From: Ruditapes philippinarum
Lineage: Eukaryota
Assembly (NCBI RefSeq): GCF_026571515.1
Contig: NW_026853905.1
Coordinates: 186,001 to 250,000 of the forward strand
Reading direction: 5' to 3'
Length of the DNA stretch: 64,000 nt
The position numbers were made by a program, and so were the translations under genes. How positions within the stretch are numbered: position 1 is the first letter of the stretch; each line of letters begins with the position of its first letter. The notes beneath the pieces are model-generated. The model was not told the DNA's origin, did no database searches, and saw only the letters and a program-made list of their open reading frames with translations. Shown piece by piece: positions 11,472-25,100 of this stretch.

Positions 11472-14400
11472 ATGGATAAGCCACAAATTATTCTCCATGT
11501 ACAACACTCCTTAAATTACACAATCTTTGACTCAAAGTGGATTCCATGCAGTACAAAATTTGTGGCATTAGGAAATTATGCTCGTGGATCTGGTGCCTTA
11601 CAAATATATGATCTTTCACATGGAAGTCTTAATTTAGTCAAAGAGGTATACATATTCATACTTTATTTTTGTCTTAATTTTGTAAGTGCACATTCCATCA
11701 TTCTGATTCATTAAAAGCATTAATATGAAATTAGGTGATACCTTATACAAGTGACATTTACTGAAGTTAACTTGATAATACTGTATAGGAGGAGCTTACA
11801 AGCCATCTTGGCTTAAATGCTCAGAAGAAGGAGAAGGTAGGTAAAGGTTAGATTGCCATGTACAATGTAGGCTACATACATGTGAACTTTTTTCAATGAT
11901 CAAGTGGGAGATTTTTCTTCAAAAAGAGGGAGATTTAAGAATTTGCAATAAACAAAGAATGAAGAAGGAAGTTCTGACATCAAAAATAGGGAGATTTTTT
12001 TAATTTGTGAAAATACCCCTTATTTTAAGACAAATCTTTGAAAATATGGCTGAAAAAAGTGGGAGTCTCCCGCCTAAAGTTCACATGTATGAGGCTATAT
12101 GCCATGGCGCAGAAAGCTCTTGATTTAATATCAAGCATAACATGCTAAGTATACATGTAAACCAGAACTTTCTTGCTCTTTGTAAATGAATAAATGTAGT
12201 ATTTTTTACGTAAACAGAAACAAATAAATTGGTGGTGATCAACCTATCATCGGAATGTTCCGAATATTTCTGAAGATCTCCTCACAGTGATTTGATGTAG
12301 CGAAGCAAAGGGTTGTCACTCCATCCGAGTTTTGAAAATCCAATCCGCCATTTTTGTTAATCTCTAATCACAGTTGTTTTAACATTATTTTTGATGTGTT
12401 GATTTTGCGAAATGTATATGTAAAAGTTACTTTTTATTCAAGAAGTCAAAGCAGTCACTGGCTTTGACTTGCCCGGCTGTAGACTACACTTGTATATTTT
12501 AAGGAAATCAAATGTAAACAATTGAAAAAAATTATAGATTTCTATACCTATCAGTGAAATTTTAAGTGTCATTTATGTGCGCCGCCAAAAAATGTACCAT
12601 TTAGGGGAATGCCCCAGATCTAACGTCTGGAATGTACAGAGAAAACTGGAAATTAACATTTAGCCAGATTTCAGAATTGGTGAATTGTATGATTTTTATA
12701 CTATTTCAGGCAGAAAAATCAAAAGCATTTAAATGTGGAACATTTGGTGCATCAAGTCTTCAACAAAGGTATCTTGCAACTGGTGACTTTGATGGAAAAA
12801 TGGCAATATGGTATGTGTGAAACAAAAAAAAAAATATTTTGTTATTTATGTATCAACTGAAAAAGCTTAAAAAGCTTCATACAACAAAAAACATGTTTTG
12901 TCAGTCATTTGAATTTCATTGACTGAATGATAATTTAAAAAGAACTTACTTTTTGATTTGCTTTTTATATTGCGGCGTTTTTGCTGTTGTTGATCAATTA
13001 GATAAAATGGTATTGGCATCTATACTAAATATATCAGTAGCTTTGGTTTCACCTAAAATGGATTTTATTTGAAAGCATAAGATATATTATATGTTTATTA
13101 TTTATTAAACTTTAAACTTATTAAATCTTATTATCATGAAAGAAATGAATGCAGAATATATGCTATAAAACTTTTTTTACCTTTGAAAGAATATGAACCA
13201 GTACACTGATATCAAAAATGCATAATTAATATTTCCAAAGATATAAAACACTGTTCATTGCTATTTCCTTTACAGACTTTTGTGAAATATAGTTACATGT
13301 AATGGTACATATATTGTAAAAAGCTATGTGTTAACTTAAAGTGACAAAGTGCCTATCCAAAAGTATATAGTGAGTGAACATGTGAAAGTCAAAATTAGTT
13401 TATGTGTTGTCATAATTCCTTTTGATTTTATAGTTTACTTTGCATTAACACTAGATATCTTGGTGGTTCAATGAAATTTCTATAAATATCCATCACAACA
13501 TACCTATAAGGTTCAATTTATAAAAGGAGTTGGGCAGTCTTTTTATATTTTATGCAGATTTATATTTTACCCAATATCAAACACCATTATAACTTTAAAT
13601 TATATTGTCAATTAAACACAACTCGACAATGCAAAAATGAGCATAATGTTACTTTAAGATTAAAGAGAAAGTCATCTTCATTGATAAAACAATTAATGAT
13701 TTAAATAAGTTTTATTGGTATTTATGTTTCATTAAATACTTTGTTCATTGATAAAGGATTAATATAGAAGTAACAAATGATGCTGCATTATATCATAATG
13801 TTTCTTTATTTTAGGAATTTAGAGGCACTAGAAGCTCCAGTATATTCAGTAAAGGGTCACAGTGAAATAATCAACTGTATAGATGGTGTAGGGGGTCTTG
13901 GTATTGGAGAAGGAGCCCCAGAAATTGTAACAGGAAGCAGAGATGGTATGTACTATCTGAGCCGCGTCACGACAAAACCAACATAATGCGTTTGCGACCA
14001 GCATGGATCCAGACCAGCCTGCGCGTCCACACAGTTTGATCAGGATCCATGCTGTTCGCTTACCAACTCTATTACAAGTAGAGAAACTGATAGCAAATAG
14101 CATGGATCCTGATCAGACTGCGCATCCACGGATGCACAGGCTGGTCTGGATCCAGGCTGGTCGCAAACCCATTAAGTTGCTTTTGTCGTGACGCGGCTCA
14201 ATTTTGTTTTTCCGGTAATACTAAACTACTGTTGGAGCTGGTGTTGTAATTTGGGCATGGGCAAGTTCACATATAGTTTCATTATGATTGAAAGGCACCA
14301 AGTTTCGAAGCTAATAACTGAGTGCTTTATACCGAAAACTTAAAAATCATTTCAAGTTTTTCCTCATAAGTGAGAATTGAAGAGAGCATTTAAGGTGTAT

Positions 14401-17400
14401 GCTATAGTTATCTATCAAGGCAGTGTCATTCACTCAGTGCCCCATTTCTTGTATAGTTGCTGTCATTTGTATAATCTCAGAAAGTACTATACACCAACAT
14501 TCAATTAATATTGGAGACAGTTTACACTATGTAACCAAAATAAAATACTCACAATTGTTCGAAATATTGTGTGAAATAAATGTAAGACTAAAAATTATTT
14601 CAAAGAAGGTGTTTTCAGTTATATGCATGTTAAAGGAGTTACATATAAACATATAGGCATGAAAACCGTATAATTCTATTCATATGCTGCTTAGAATATA
14701 TTTATTATATTCTTACATTATGCAAAATAAAGAGAAATTCTATTATGTGGTTTTCAATCTGCTATGTGTCTATATGTTACTGTAGAATATGCTTTTAACC
14801 TTTCAATAAGATGATAGCCTTTCCTTAAGATGATGAATGCCTTTATTCAGGATAAAAGATGGGCAAGTCCATTTATAGGTATTTAGAGTGGGATGGGAAT
14901 GATTAAAGATAGAGAGAAACATAAACAACTAAATTTATATAAAGACACATATTTTTGTGAAATTGATATATGTAGGAACATTTAAAAGGACCTTCAAATG
15001 CATCTGTGTTTGTAATTTTATGCTACACATTAAAGCCAATTTACTAAAGGGTTTGCCAAAAAATGTACACACCTTGTCCTGTTTGCAATCTTAAATCCAT
15101 TTTGTTTAAAAATTAGAAAAATTGACCAAATCTTACCAAGACAAAAATATACTATGTGTCAGGGTGAACTTAAGTAGTTAGTTTAATATCTAGTCATAGA
15201 ATGTTAAGTTATATGTATGTGTTATTGTTACAGGTAGTGTGAAGGTGTGGGATCCAAGACAGAAAAATGACCCAGTAGCTACAATGGAGCCAGGGGAGGG
15301 TGAGGCAAAGAGGGATTGTTGGACAGTAGCTTTTGGTAAGTAACAAAGGCCTCTACCGAATCAATAGTTTTATTTCTTCAATAGTTCAGTGCTAAGGTTG
15401 AATCATTAAAACAAAAGTTAAAACAAAAAAGTAACCATTATTTTGAATAACATACTTAAAAAGTCTCAATAGTTGTTACATCATATTGACAGCCTTGGTA
15501 TGTAATTATTTACATGCTGACAAAAATAAAAAATACATCAGATCCACACTTTTTTACATATGAAAATACCTGAATTTCATAATAAGTTCTCTTGTTCTGT
15601 TTCAACAACAGAACAATAGATACAATACTTCTATCTTAGTAAACATATTTTGAATTTTGAATAAAATGTTTTTTATTTTGTTTACAGGCAATGCCTACAC
15701 ACCTCATGAAAGATGTGTATGTGCAGGATACGATAATGGGGATATAAAACTGTTTGATCTAAAAACCATGTCACTTAGATGGGAAACTAATGTCAAAAAT
15801 GGGGTGAGTATAATATAAACAATGTACTGAAATATTATTAGGCTTGTATTATAAAGAATTAGAAAAAAATGATGAAAAATAATGATAATATGACTTATTT
15901 TTAATCTGAAGTTAAATCACTCAATGAGTTAAAGTGGTCACTTTAGATTCCTGACAAATTTGTTATTTTCCATATCATCATTATCATTGAAAAATCATCT
16001 TATTATTTGAAACTCATTTAAGACATTTACGGAGCTCATATTTTTTTGGCTTTTTTAATTAATGGTTTCGGCATTTATTTATTTCTTATCACCATAAAAC
16101 CATTACATTTCATATCTCTACAAAACGTGATATGTTTAATGGTATATGTTTAACAGGTTTGTGATGTGGAGTTTGACAGAAAAGATATTAACATGAACAA
16201 ACTGGTGGCAACTACGCTAGAATCTAAGTTTCATGTTTATGATACTAGGACTCAGCATCCCACAAAAGGTTTTGCCTCTGTTACTGAAAAGGTGACTTGA
16301 TATGTTTTATTACATTTCTTATTGTTTTTATAGCAAAAGATGAAAATGAAGAATTTGATTAAAGAAATTTGATTTTAGCATGAATTGTTAGGAAAATTAT
16401 TGATATGTATATGTAGTTTTTTACAACTGAAGTACAAAAATATCAAACAACATCAAAATATATATGTATTGAAAAAAATTGTATTTCTCAGTACCTGTCA
16501 CACGTTTGAGTTTCATTTGCCATGTTCATGATATCAAACAGTTATAAGAAGTCAAAATTTTCCAATTCAAATATATTTACTAGAGCCAGATACTCACACA
16601 CAGGTCTGCAATTTTCAAATATGTTTAATTTTTTTCATTTATTGAATAGGCCCACAAGTCAACAGTTTGGGCAGTAAAACATTTACCTCAGAATAGAGAT
16701 ATTTTTATGACATGTGGAGGCAATGGGACGGTCAATTTATGGAAATAGTAAGTACCTCACATATATATAATGCATATAAATATATATGTTTTTTGGTTTT
16801 CCTTCTAAAAAATAGAAACAGGGTATCATCATTATAGAGCTAGGACATTGTGCACTGCTGTGCACCTAACCAAGGTGACCAACTTCAGATTTTCATCTTG
16901 ATATCCCTAAAATTTGTAATGGACAGTACCACAGATTGTAGTTGGATAGTTCTATTTTAAGAAATTCAGGAGGTTACATCCCTAAAACTATCAAAGCAGA
17001 GCATGGTAATATACAATGCAAACTGAGTAGGTTTAGGATAAACCATTGATTTCACTGCATTTTTTGTGAAATTAGTAGATTTATTTCAGATTTTTTGACC
17101 ACAGAAAAAGTTGGGATTAGATTATCTTGATTTTCAAACCACAAAAATTCTGCCCAGTATTAAAAGCTACAAATAGTTTCAAAAATATACTAAGCTTAAG
17201 GAGCTGTAATGTAAAATAATATGAAATAATATAAATTGTGTTTTTTCAGCAATTACCCAGTAAACAGAGTAGCGAAAGACGGTGATGAGATAGAAATTGG
17301 CGTCCCAGGAACTGTATCACTTATTCAGAATACAGTTCTCTCTACGCAACCAATCAGCTCATTTGATTGGAGTCCTGATAAGGAAGGCCTTGCTGTGTGC

Positions 17401-17460
17401 ACATCTTTTGATCAAATGTTACGTATATGTATTGTTACAAAACTCAAAACTATTGGATAA
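11472..17460 (+). CDS. WDR92: WD repeat protein 92 / dynein axonemal assembly factor 10 (Monad), 8 exons, ~355 aa
   Basis: Exons 11472-11645, 12710-12810, 13815-13945, 15234-15335, 15688-15803, 16157-16291, 16650-16747, 17250-17460 (1068 nt, phases consistent). Diagnostic peptides: [87 protein letters not shown]. Confidence 0.96.
11875..12091. mobile_element. MITE with 16-bp TIR and 6-bp TSD in WDR92 intron 1
   Basis: TIR CATACATGTGAACTTT / AAAGTTCACATGTATG. TSD AGGCTA at 11869-11874 and 12092-12097. Internal gggagat repeats. Confidence 0.8.
13958..14200. mobile_element. Foldback MITE (GAG...CTC ends, Sola2-like) in WDR92 intron 3
   Basis: tgagccgcgtcacgacaaaa...ttttgtcgtgacgcggctca. Inverted complementarity runs ~100 bp inward, with nested ggatcc-containing repeats. 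TSD is imperfect. Confidence 0.85.
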
Positions 17461-18064
17461 CACTGCTGTTATTTATTGGACTGTTGCCAAATTAACAAAA
17501 TAGAGAGTGAATATTACCCTTGAGAGTTAAGACCTTGGAAGAGGTTGAAAATTGATCTGAATAATGAAGAAACTTTGAAAGTCAGATTCTTTCTGGCAGT
17601 ATCTATGTAATGGAATGCTAGTTTGAACTGTGTTTACTGATTTTCTGTGAAATCCAAAGCTTAAAAAAATGTGGCATTAAGATTTATTTATAAATCTGTT
17701 GCAAATATATGTGCATAAATATACATGTGCAAGAATATGACTGGCACTGTAAATTTGTATTGTATTACCTAATACAGAAGGGTTTTATGGAATACTAGTT
17801 ATCAACAATAAGAGATGTTAAAACTGTTGGTCTTGTCATGTAAAAGGTTTAACTGTATTGAGGCATTATATCTTTGATTCATCTGCTTGTTTAGAATGGA
17901 TGGTGTATTTTTTAGTACATGAAAATTTCACATTTTCAAGATATTCTTTTTTCCCATTCAGATAAAACTGATTTAATAAAATTATTGCATATTAATCAAT
18001 CTTGGCACTTGCTGTAACAGCTTCATTATGTAATTTTACTCCAACTTACATTGTTGTGACATGA

Positions 18065-19313
18065 TTTTTAGCTCGACTATTCGATAAGAATAAGTAGAGC
18101 TATTGCAGTCACCCGAGCGTCGGCGTCGGCGTAACCACTTATGTTAAAGTTTTTGTAATAGTTCAAATATTTTCAAAGTCCATTGACATGTGGCTTTGAA
18201 ACTTTGCACACTTGTTCACCATCATGACCCCAACCTGTAGACAGGAGGAGGTAACTCTATCAAGCATTTTGACAGAATTATGCCCCTTTTTCGACTTAGA
18301 ATTTACGTTAAAGTTTTTGTAATAGTTCAAATATTTTCAAAGTCCATTGACATATGGCTTTGAAACTTTGCACACTTGTTCACCATCATGACCCCAACCT
18401 GTAGACAGGAGGAGGTAACTCTATCAAGCATTTTGACAGAATTATGCCCCTTTTTCGACTTAGAATTTACGTTAAAGTTTTTGTAATAGTTCAAATATTT
18501 TCAAAGTCCATTGACATATGGCTTTGAAACTTTGCACACTTGTTCACCATCATGACCCCAACCTGTAGACAGGAGGAGGTAACTCTATCAAGTATTTTTG
18601 ACAGAATTATGCCCCTTTTTCGACTTAGAATTTACGTTAAAGTTTTTGTAATAGTTCAAATATTTTCAAAGTCCATTGACATATGGCTTTGAAACTTTGC
18701 ACACTTGTTGACCATCATGACCCCAACCTGTAGACAGGAGGAGGTAACTCTATCAAGCATTTTGACAGAATTATGCCCCTTTTTCGACTTAGAATCTACG
18801 TTAAAGTTTTTGTAATAGTTCAAATATTTTCAAAGTCCATAGACATATGGCTTTGAAACTTTGCACACTTGTTCAACATCATGACCCCAACCTGTAGACA
18901 GCAGGAGGTAACTCTATTAAGCATTTTGACAGAATTATGCCCCTTTTTCGACTTAGAATTTACGTTAAAGTTTTTTGTAATAGTTCAAATATTTTCAAAG
19001 TCCATTGACATATGGCTTTGAAACTTTGCACGCTTGTTCAACATCATGACCCCAACCTGTAAACAGGAGGAGGTAACTCTATCAAGCATTTTGACAGAAT
19101 TATGCCCCTTTTTCGACTTAGAATTTACGTTAAAGTTTTTGTAATAGTTCAAATATTTTCAAAGTCCATTGACATATGGCTTTGAAACTTTGCACGCTTG
19201 TTCACCATCATGACCCCAACCTGTAAACAGGAGGAGGTAACTGTATCAGGCATTTTTTTTACTATCAAGCACTAAGAATAGTCGAGCATGCTGTCCTACC
19301 GACAGCTCTTGTT
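18065..19313 (+). mobile_element. HINE/pearl-like non-autonomous Helentron carrying ~6.7 x 164-bp tandem array
   Basis: T-run, subTIR gctcgactattc (18071), (cggcgt)n microsatellite, units starting 18143/18307/18471/18636/18800/18964/19129, 3' subTIR gaatagtcgagc (19276), hairpin gctgtc-ctacc-gacagc, end tcttgtt. Confidence 0.88.
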
Positions 19314-21112
19314 GTGATATGTAAATATATATGTTTGTGTTTTCACAAGTTAAGAATGTGTTCAGGAGTTTACTATGCTGTTTCATATGTAAAAAAGTTC
19401 ATTCATAAAACAAATCACATCTTTTATTATTAAAGTATGAAGAACAAAGATAATCTTGCTTTTGTTTTTAGTTAGTCACCGTATATATATGTGGAGTAAC
19501 AGAGTTGACTGATTCACTGTTCTATTTCTACTAGTCATGGTTTGCTTAGGAAATATATATCAATTTTGAGTGCATTATAATAGGAGCTCAATTGCAGAGG
19601 AATATAATTATGAAGGCAGATATATGCCTGATCACCTGAATGTTTAATTACAAAGCATTTGAACAAAAAAACCCTGCATTATAATACTATTATGTAAGAA
19701 AAATTAGTATCTATTTCCATTTCTTACATGCAAATAAAAAAGATAATTGATAAAAATATGTTGAACTACATTTAGCGTAGTAGAAGTCATTTGGTTTATT
19801 GACGTCATATCCGACATTATATAGCATTTGTTGTTTTTATGCTGTGAAATTACAGTTTAATAATGCACCTCATTACCCTATCTGTTTGACAGGGGAATAG
19901 TGTGAAGCATGTTAGAATATGATTTGAAGAATCATGCATATTTAAGTTATTTAAATAATATTTATTACGTTAAAAAAATTATGTATGTCTTGCAATAATA
20001 CTGATATGAATTGTTGCTGAAAACAGATGTGTTTCCGATATTGTCAGCAGATGTGAAGTTTGTACAAATATGGTAAGACAGAGCTACCTTAAAATGTGCT
20101 TTAAATTATTTTCATCTGCTTACTTGTGCAATGAAGGGCCCCTGAAGCATACCTTCACCAATGAAACTGGCAAGGCACTACATCATATCCACAGTATTAC
20201 TTTATCCCAACAAGCACTGAAGAATGAACTTATACTTTTAGCTGAGCAGGAACATGTTTATATATTCCATTATTCCTTTTCATGTGCCAAAAAGCAATTA
20301 TATTGTGTTGTGAAGTGAAACCCTACTGACAATTATTAACTTAAAATGTCAATTTAATGGGCAAAAAGATTGACCCAATTCTTTTAATGTTAAATGATTG
20401 ACCCAGTTCTGTTAATGTTGGCAGTTATTTTGTTATCCTTTCAAACTAGGGCCACAAATATTTGGGCATTTCTGTTAAATCTCAGATTTTCTCCTTCTGT
20501 TGTATATTTGATTATGAGTATTTCTTGAACAATTTTATCCGAAAAATGACTTAAAAATTTAAAGTGTGATTCTAACAGAGGCAATAGAAGCCACATAAAT
20601 TACAATCATTTATGCTGTTTTCTTCATTTAATTTGAGGAATTCTAAAAAATTAATGTAACAAAATGTACACATATCATATAAACTGGGTATATGTACACT
20701 AACTGCTGTTCTACAGAAATAAGAAACTTCGACGGGAGTGATAGCAACAATAGAATGTTTCTAATTTCTGTAGAACAGCTGCGGATGAATTAACTAACAT
20801 ACTTTGTGTCAAGGTTTATTTGGCCTCATTAATATTCACTTTATTACATCATAACTATTTTAAAGAACGCGGTTTTATGAAGCACTATGAAAAATAGAAG
20901 GCTTCTTTGAACAGAATTTCATATAGTATCAACTTTGTTCTTCTATGAAAATTAACGCACAACATTTTTAGGAAATACAGCATTTTCATTGGATGACAAA
21001 TAAGATGGACACTAAAATATATCTCCAAAAATATTAAAAATTTATAGATGTCTTTTCAGTTTCTATACAAATGAGCTGTCATTGAGGCCAAAGTTTTTAG
21101 CCAAGTAAGCTG

Positions 21113-21355
21113 CCTTTGTGGCTAAGTGGTTGTGTTGCTGATTTCAAATATCACTTGCCCCTCAACACTGTGCCGGGTTTGAATCCTGTCAGGGACTTTG
21201 GCTTCTTTTACATGAGGAGGAAATACAGCTTGCTTAAGGAAGGTTGATGGTTTTTACTCAAATGCCTTCTTCTGCCTGAAATAATGCAGAAAGGGGCACC
21301 TGTGGTCTTCCTCCACCATCAAAGCACAACTTTACAGTGTTGGTGTGACTTTAAA
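21113..21355 (+). mobile_element. tRNA-derived SINE
   Basis: A-box-like gtggctaagtggtt and B-box-like ggtttgaatcc, followed by a body (tgcctgaaataatgca...cacctg...cctccacca) that recurs at ~52350, ~53312 and inverted at ~45650. Confidence 0.7.
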
Positions 21356-22145
21356 TCTATTTAAAACTAACAAGATAGACAAAATAGGAAAGTACAATGC
21401 TTTTGTGCCATAGATTTGTGAGTTTTGATCCTCAATGTTGTACATGTCTTCTGTGCATAATTTTGCAACAGACATCAGGTCTTTTGCCATTGCCAAACTA
21501 CATGTACTGTTTAAAAGGTGATTTAAGTGGGCAAGTTTAAAATGACTTGTAGAAAGAACAAATACTGGTAAGTAAAGTTCAAAGTAAACGTTTGTTGGGA
21601 TTTGACAGAAGTTTTTGCTGGCACTAAAACCAAAATCTTTACAAGTAAAAGGTCATTTCAAGTACAAATACAAATCGAAAGGAAACAAGTAAAATGCAAG
21701 GATTCAAAATTTTCATAAACTTTTATTGCAAAATGCTATTTTAAATTTTTTATAGATACATGTACAATGAATAGGTAACATTCTAGAGCATAAAGTTATA
21801 ATCTTTATCAATGAAATTACAGAATAGAAGAGAACTTAAAAATGCATACACCATATAAAAGTGTTTATTAAACGGAATGTCCAGGTACTGCTGTAAAATA
21901 CACCATACACAACAAGACTTTGTCAAAACAGAATAATCATGTAAGCTCTAACAAAATCTATGAATAAATAAATGTTCAAAAAATAAAATAACAGTGCACA
22001 ATTTTTATCACAGACTTTTCATACAAATAGTAGTTCACATACAATATTGAACAGTAGTTGATTTTGCTTTATAAACACAGTTTTCCCAACATTATCAATG
22101 AATAAAATGTCATATTTTTTTCTATAATATGCCAAAAGTTGATCT

Positions 22146-25100
22146 CTAGTCTACTTGTGGATTTTGTTGGAACAAATACTCAGCCTGAAAAAATAGATAC
22201 AGAAATATATATCGACATGTGTATAAAAGACATAAATAAGAAATAACATTTTTTAAAAGTGTAAAAATAACCTTGAAATCATACTAGCTTGTCAAAAGGC
22301 TTTTCTGACAAAGTAATTTTAAACATTCATTTTTGAACCCCTTTTCAAGTTCAATTAAGGAAAAGATGGATAATCATGTTAGAATGAAATTATATAAACT
22401 CTCTGACAGGAAGATGAAGATACATTTATTTATTAAAGGGACTCCACCTAAGTTTTTTGACATGAAAAGACAGGAATTTTTTTTTCGAAACTTTAACAGT
22501 ATTTGATGTAGGTCTGGATTAATAACTTGTGTGCAAATTTTCAAATTATCCCCTCGATCAGTTTTCCAAGAATAATCACTTTAATTGTGCAAAATGACCA
22601 AGAAATGAAAAATGTTGCTTTTCACTCAAACTTGACTAAAAAATCGTGCAAAAAAAAAAGATTTTTAATTTTACTCTGAATATTTTTCTTTGTAAACGAA
22701 TGCATATTCTTCCATATTAAGTGAAACACTTGCTCTATGCAAGAAATTAAAATTTTATGTTTTTAGGCTTTTTGACCTCAGTGGAGTTTGTTAAAACTGT
22801 ACTTGCTATTACATGTATCTCTAAGAGAAAATGATTAAAATTGAGTAGCTCACAATAAAATGTCTGATTGGGCTAGCTTTATTTGGTTGTTTACAAATAA
22901 TACAGGTTTTACTAGTACTATGAACTTACTAGGAAATCAATGGCGTCATCTGGTCTGGTTTTACAACATTCAATGAGGCCCTGGGTGAGGGTAGGCATCA
23001 CATGTTTCATGAGATAATTCCTCAATGGTATTGACTGGGCCTCCAGCAGTTCATACTCCTCACGTTTTACTTCATTCAATCTTTGTGTCTGTAAAAATAG
23101 TGGGATTAAATGTAAACAACAACAAAACATCATTGGTGAGGACATTAAAAAGATAATTTGAGGTTATCTCTTTGAGTTTCTGTTAATGATATTTCAATTT
23201 ATTTGAATAAAATTACATAAAAGTAGGGTCATATGTGTGCTAAATGAAGTATTTCACTGCTGCCAGTGGTGAAATACTTCATTTAGCACACATATGACCC
23301 TAATTTTTAATTAAGACTTAAATAGCCAGAAAAAAAATAATAACAATATTCTTATTTAAAGTGATACAAAACTCAACAAATTATTTACCCATTCTTCTTG
23401 TCTCTTCTTTCTCTCTTGTGCTTCTTCTAATTCTTTTCTCTCTTTCTCTTGTTTTTGCTCAGCTTCTTTCTTTTGTCTTTCTTCTTCTTCCAGTTTCTTC
23501 ATTTGTTCAAGCTCCTCAGGTGTAGGTCCTGGAAGACAGAAATATTTTAGTTTTAATGATTTACGAATCCTTTTTGGATGAAATATGCCTCTTCAACCAC
23601 CTTTTGAAAGAATATGTGCTTGGTTTGAAGATTACACTTCTTAAGAAGTGAAATACTGACAAAGAAAGACAACCTCTGTGCCTTGATATTTCAAAAATGA
23701 ACTGGCATCAACAAAGAATCATTAAGCTTCAGTATGTGATTGTATTGAAGGTGGAGGTCTGATTATAAACAACTTCCAAAAAATTACTGACAGAGACCTG
23801 AAGTACCACTCAAGTATTTCTAAACACAGATCAATGTCTTGGAGGTGTCAAGATATTCCAAGAAGCCCCAAGGAAAGAACAACTCATTTTTCAAAGTTGG
23901 TAAACAAAGATTTTGTTCATGAAAGAATAAGCCTTGAAGAATTATCATATTGTTTAGCTTCCTAGATTTGTATAGTGATTTGCATGGGTTAAAAAAAATC
24001 ATTTATCTTTATATTTTGGCCTAAAATTACAGGTATTCCATGATGAGAATTAACATTAAAAACAGATTTCTAGCTTAAATATGACAGCAACAACGCCACG
24101 TTGCTTATCAAACTTGTTTTTATAAGGAGTGACATGTAAATATGAATCAATTTTTGGTTTCCTATAAGACACAGCACTTGCAAATATGATTAACTTCTTA
24201 CCATAATTTCTGGCTTTTCCAATGATTTTCTTTATTTTTTCTACTGTATCCTTCATCATATGGGAGCTATCTTTCACAACATCTGAAATAAAACACAAAA
24301 TTATAAACATTTATTCAAAATGCATACAGCCCCGCTGTCTTATAGATTATCAAAATGATTAAGCTTAACATTTTTGTCATTCACATTTAGAAAGTACTGA
24401 AGAAGATGATTTTGATAACAATATATATTACTGTTATTGGTAAAGCAAACATAATTTTCTCAATATCTCTTCTAATTAAGAGATTTGTCCACCAGCTTAA
24501 AATGAAATTCAATTTTCTGTATGCCATTGTATAAAGAATTTTGCTAACTCAAACAAGTGTGAGGGCTTGAATGGTAACTATGTACCATACTTATATGAAA
24601 CATCTGAAAACTAAATGTTTTCTTATCAATATTTGTAATATATAAAATCATTAAAATCAATATATACCAATATCTTCAGGATGTATCTCCAACTCATCAA
24701 AATAATTAAGGACAGTTTCTTCCTCTGTATTAGCGTTCCTGTAAGCCTCGAGTCTCCTCACAAGACCCTCCTCCGTGTTATGAGTGTTGACCACCTCACT
24801 CTCGGGAAGGTTCATCACACGATGTTTCAGAAATTCATCATTAGCTTTAAGACTGATGACGTGGTCAGGCATTATAAGACGGTTATAGTTAGTTGGCTTG
24901 GCTGACTCCTCAGGCTCCTCATCATCCTCAGCTGTAACATAAATAAAAGCATGATATAAAAATAGAAATGTCATATCAAAGTCAAAGTGCGATATCAAAA
25001 AAATAAGTTAATATCAAAACATAATCTGATATCAAATAACAAGATAAAGAGATATGAAAAAAACATAAGACTATACTACACAAGCTTGATAACATAATGT

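Noticed and set aside
13846-14191. ORFs 13846-14103 and 14003-14191
   Set aside because: They lie in the palindromic MITE or antisense to WDR92 exon 3, with no protein-family features.
18143-19250. Regular repeat arrays (also 38221, 41441, 56240) as CRISPR-like arrays
   Set aside because: Units are contiguous tandem copies without unique spacers, there are no cas genes, and the context is eukaryotic.
21113-21195. Possible tRNA genes (also 984-1047 and 53312-53395)
   Set aside because: A/B boxes are present but stems are broken, and at 21113 and 53312 the sequence continues into a shared SINE body.
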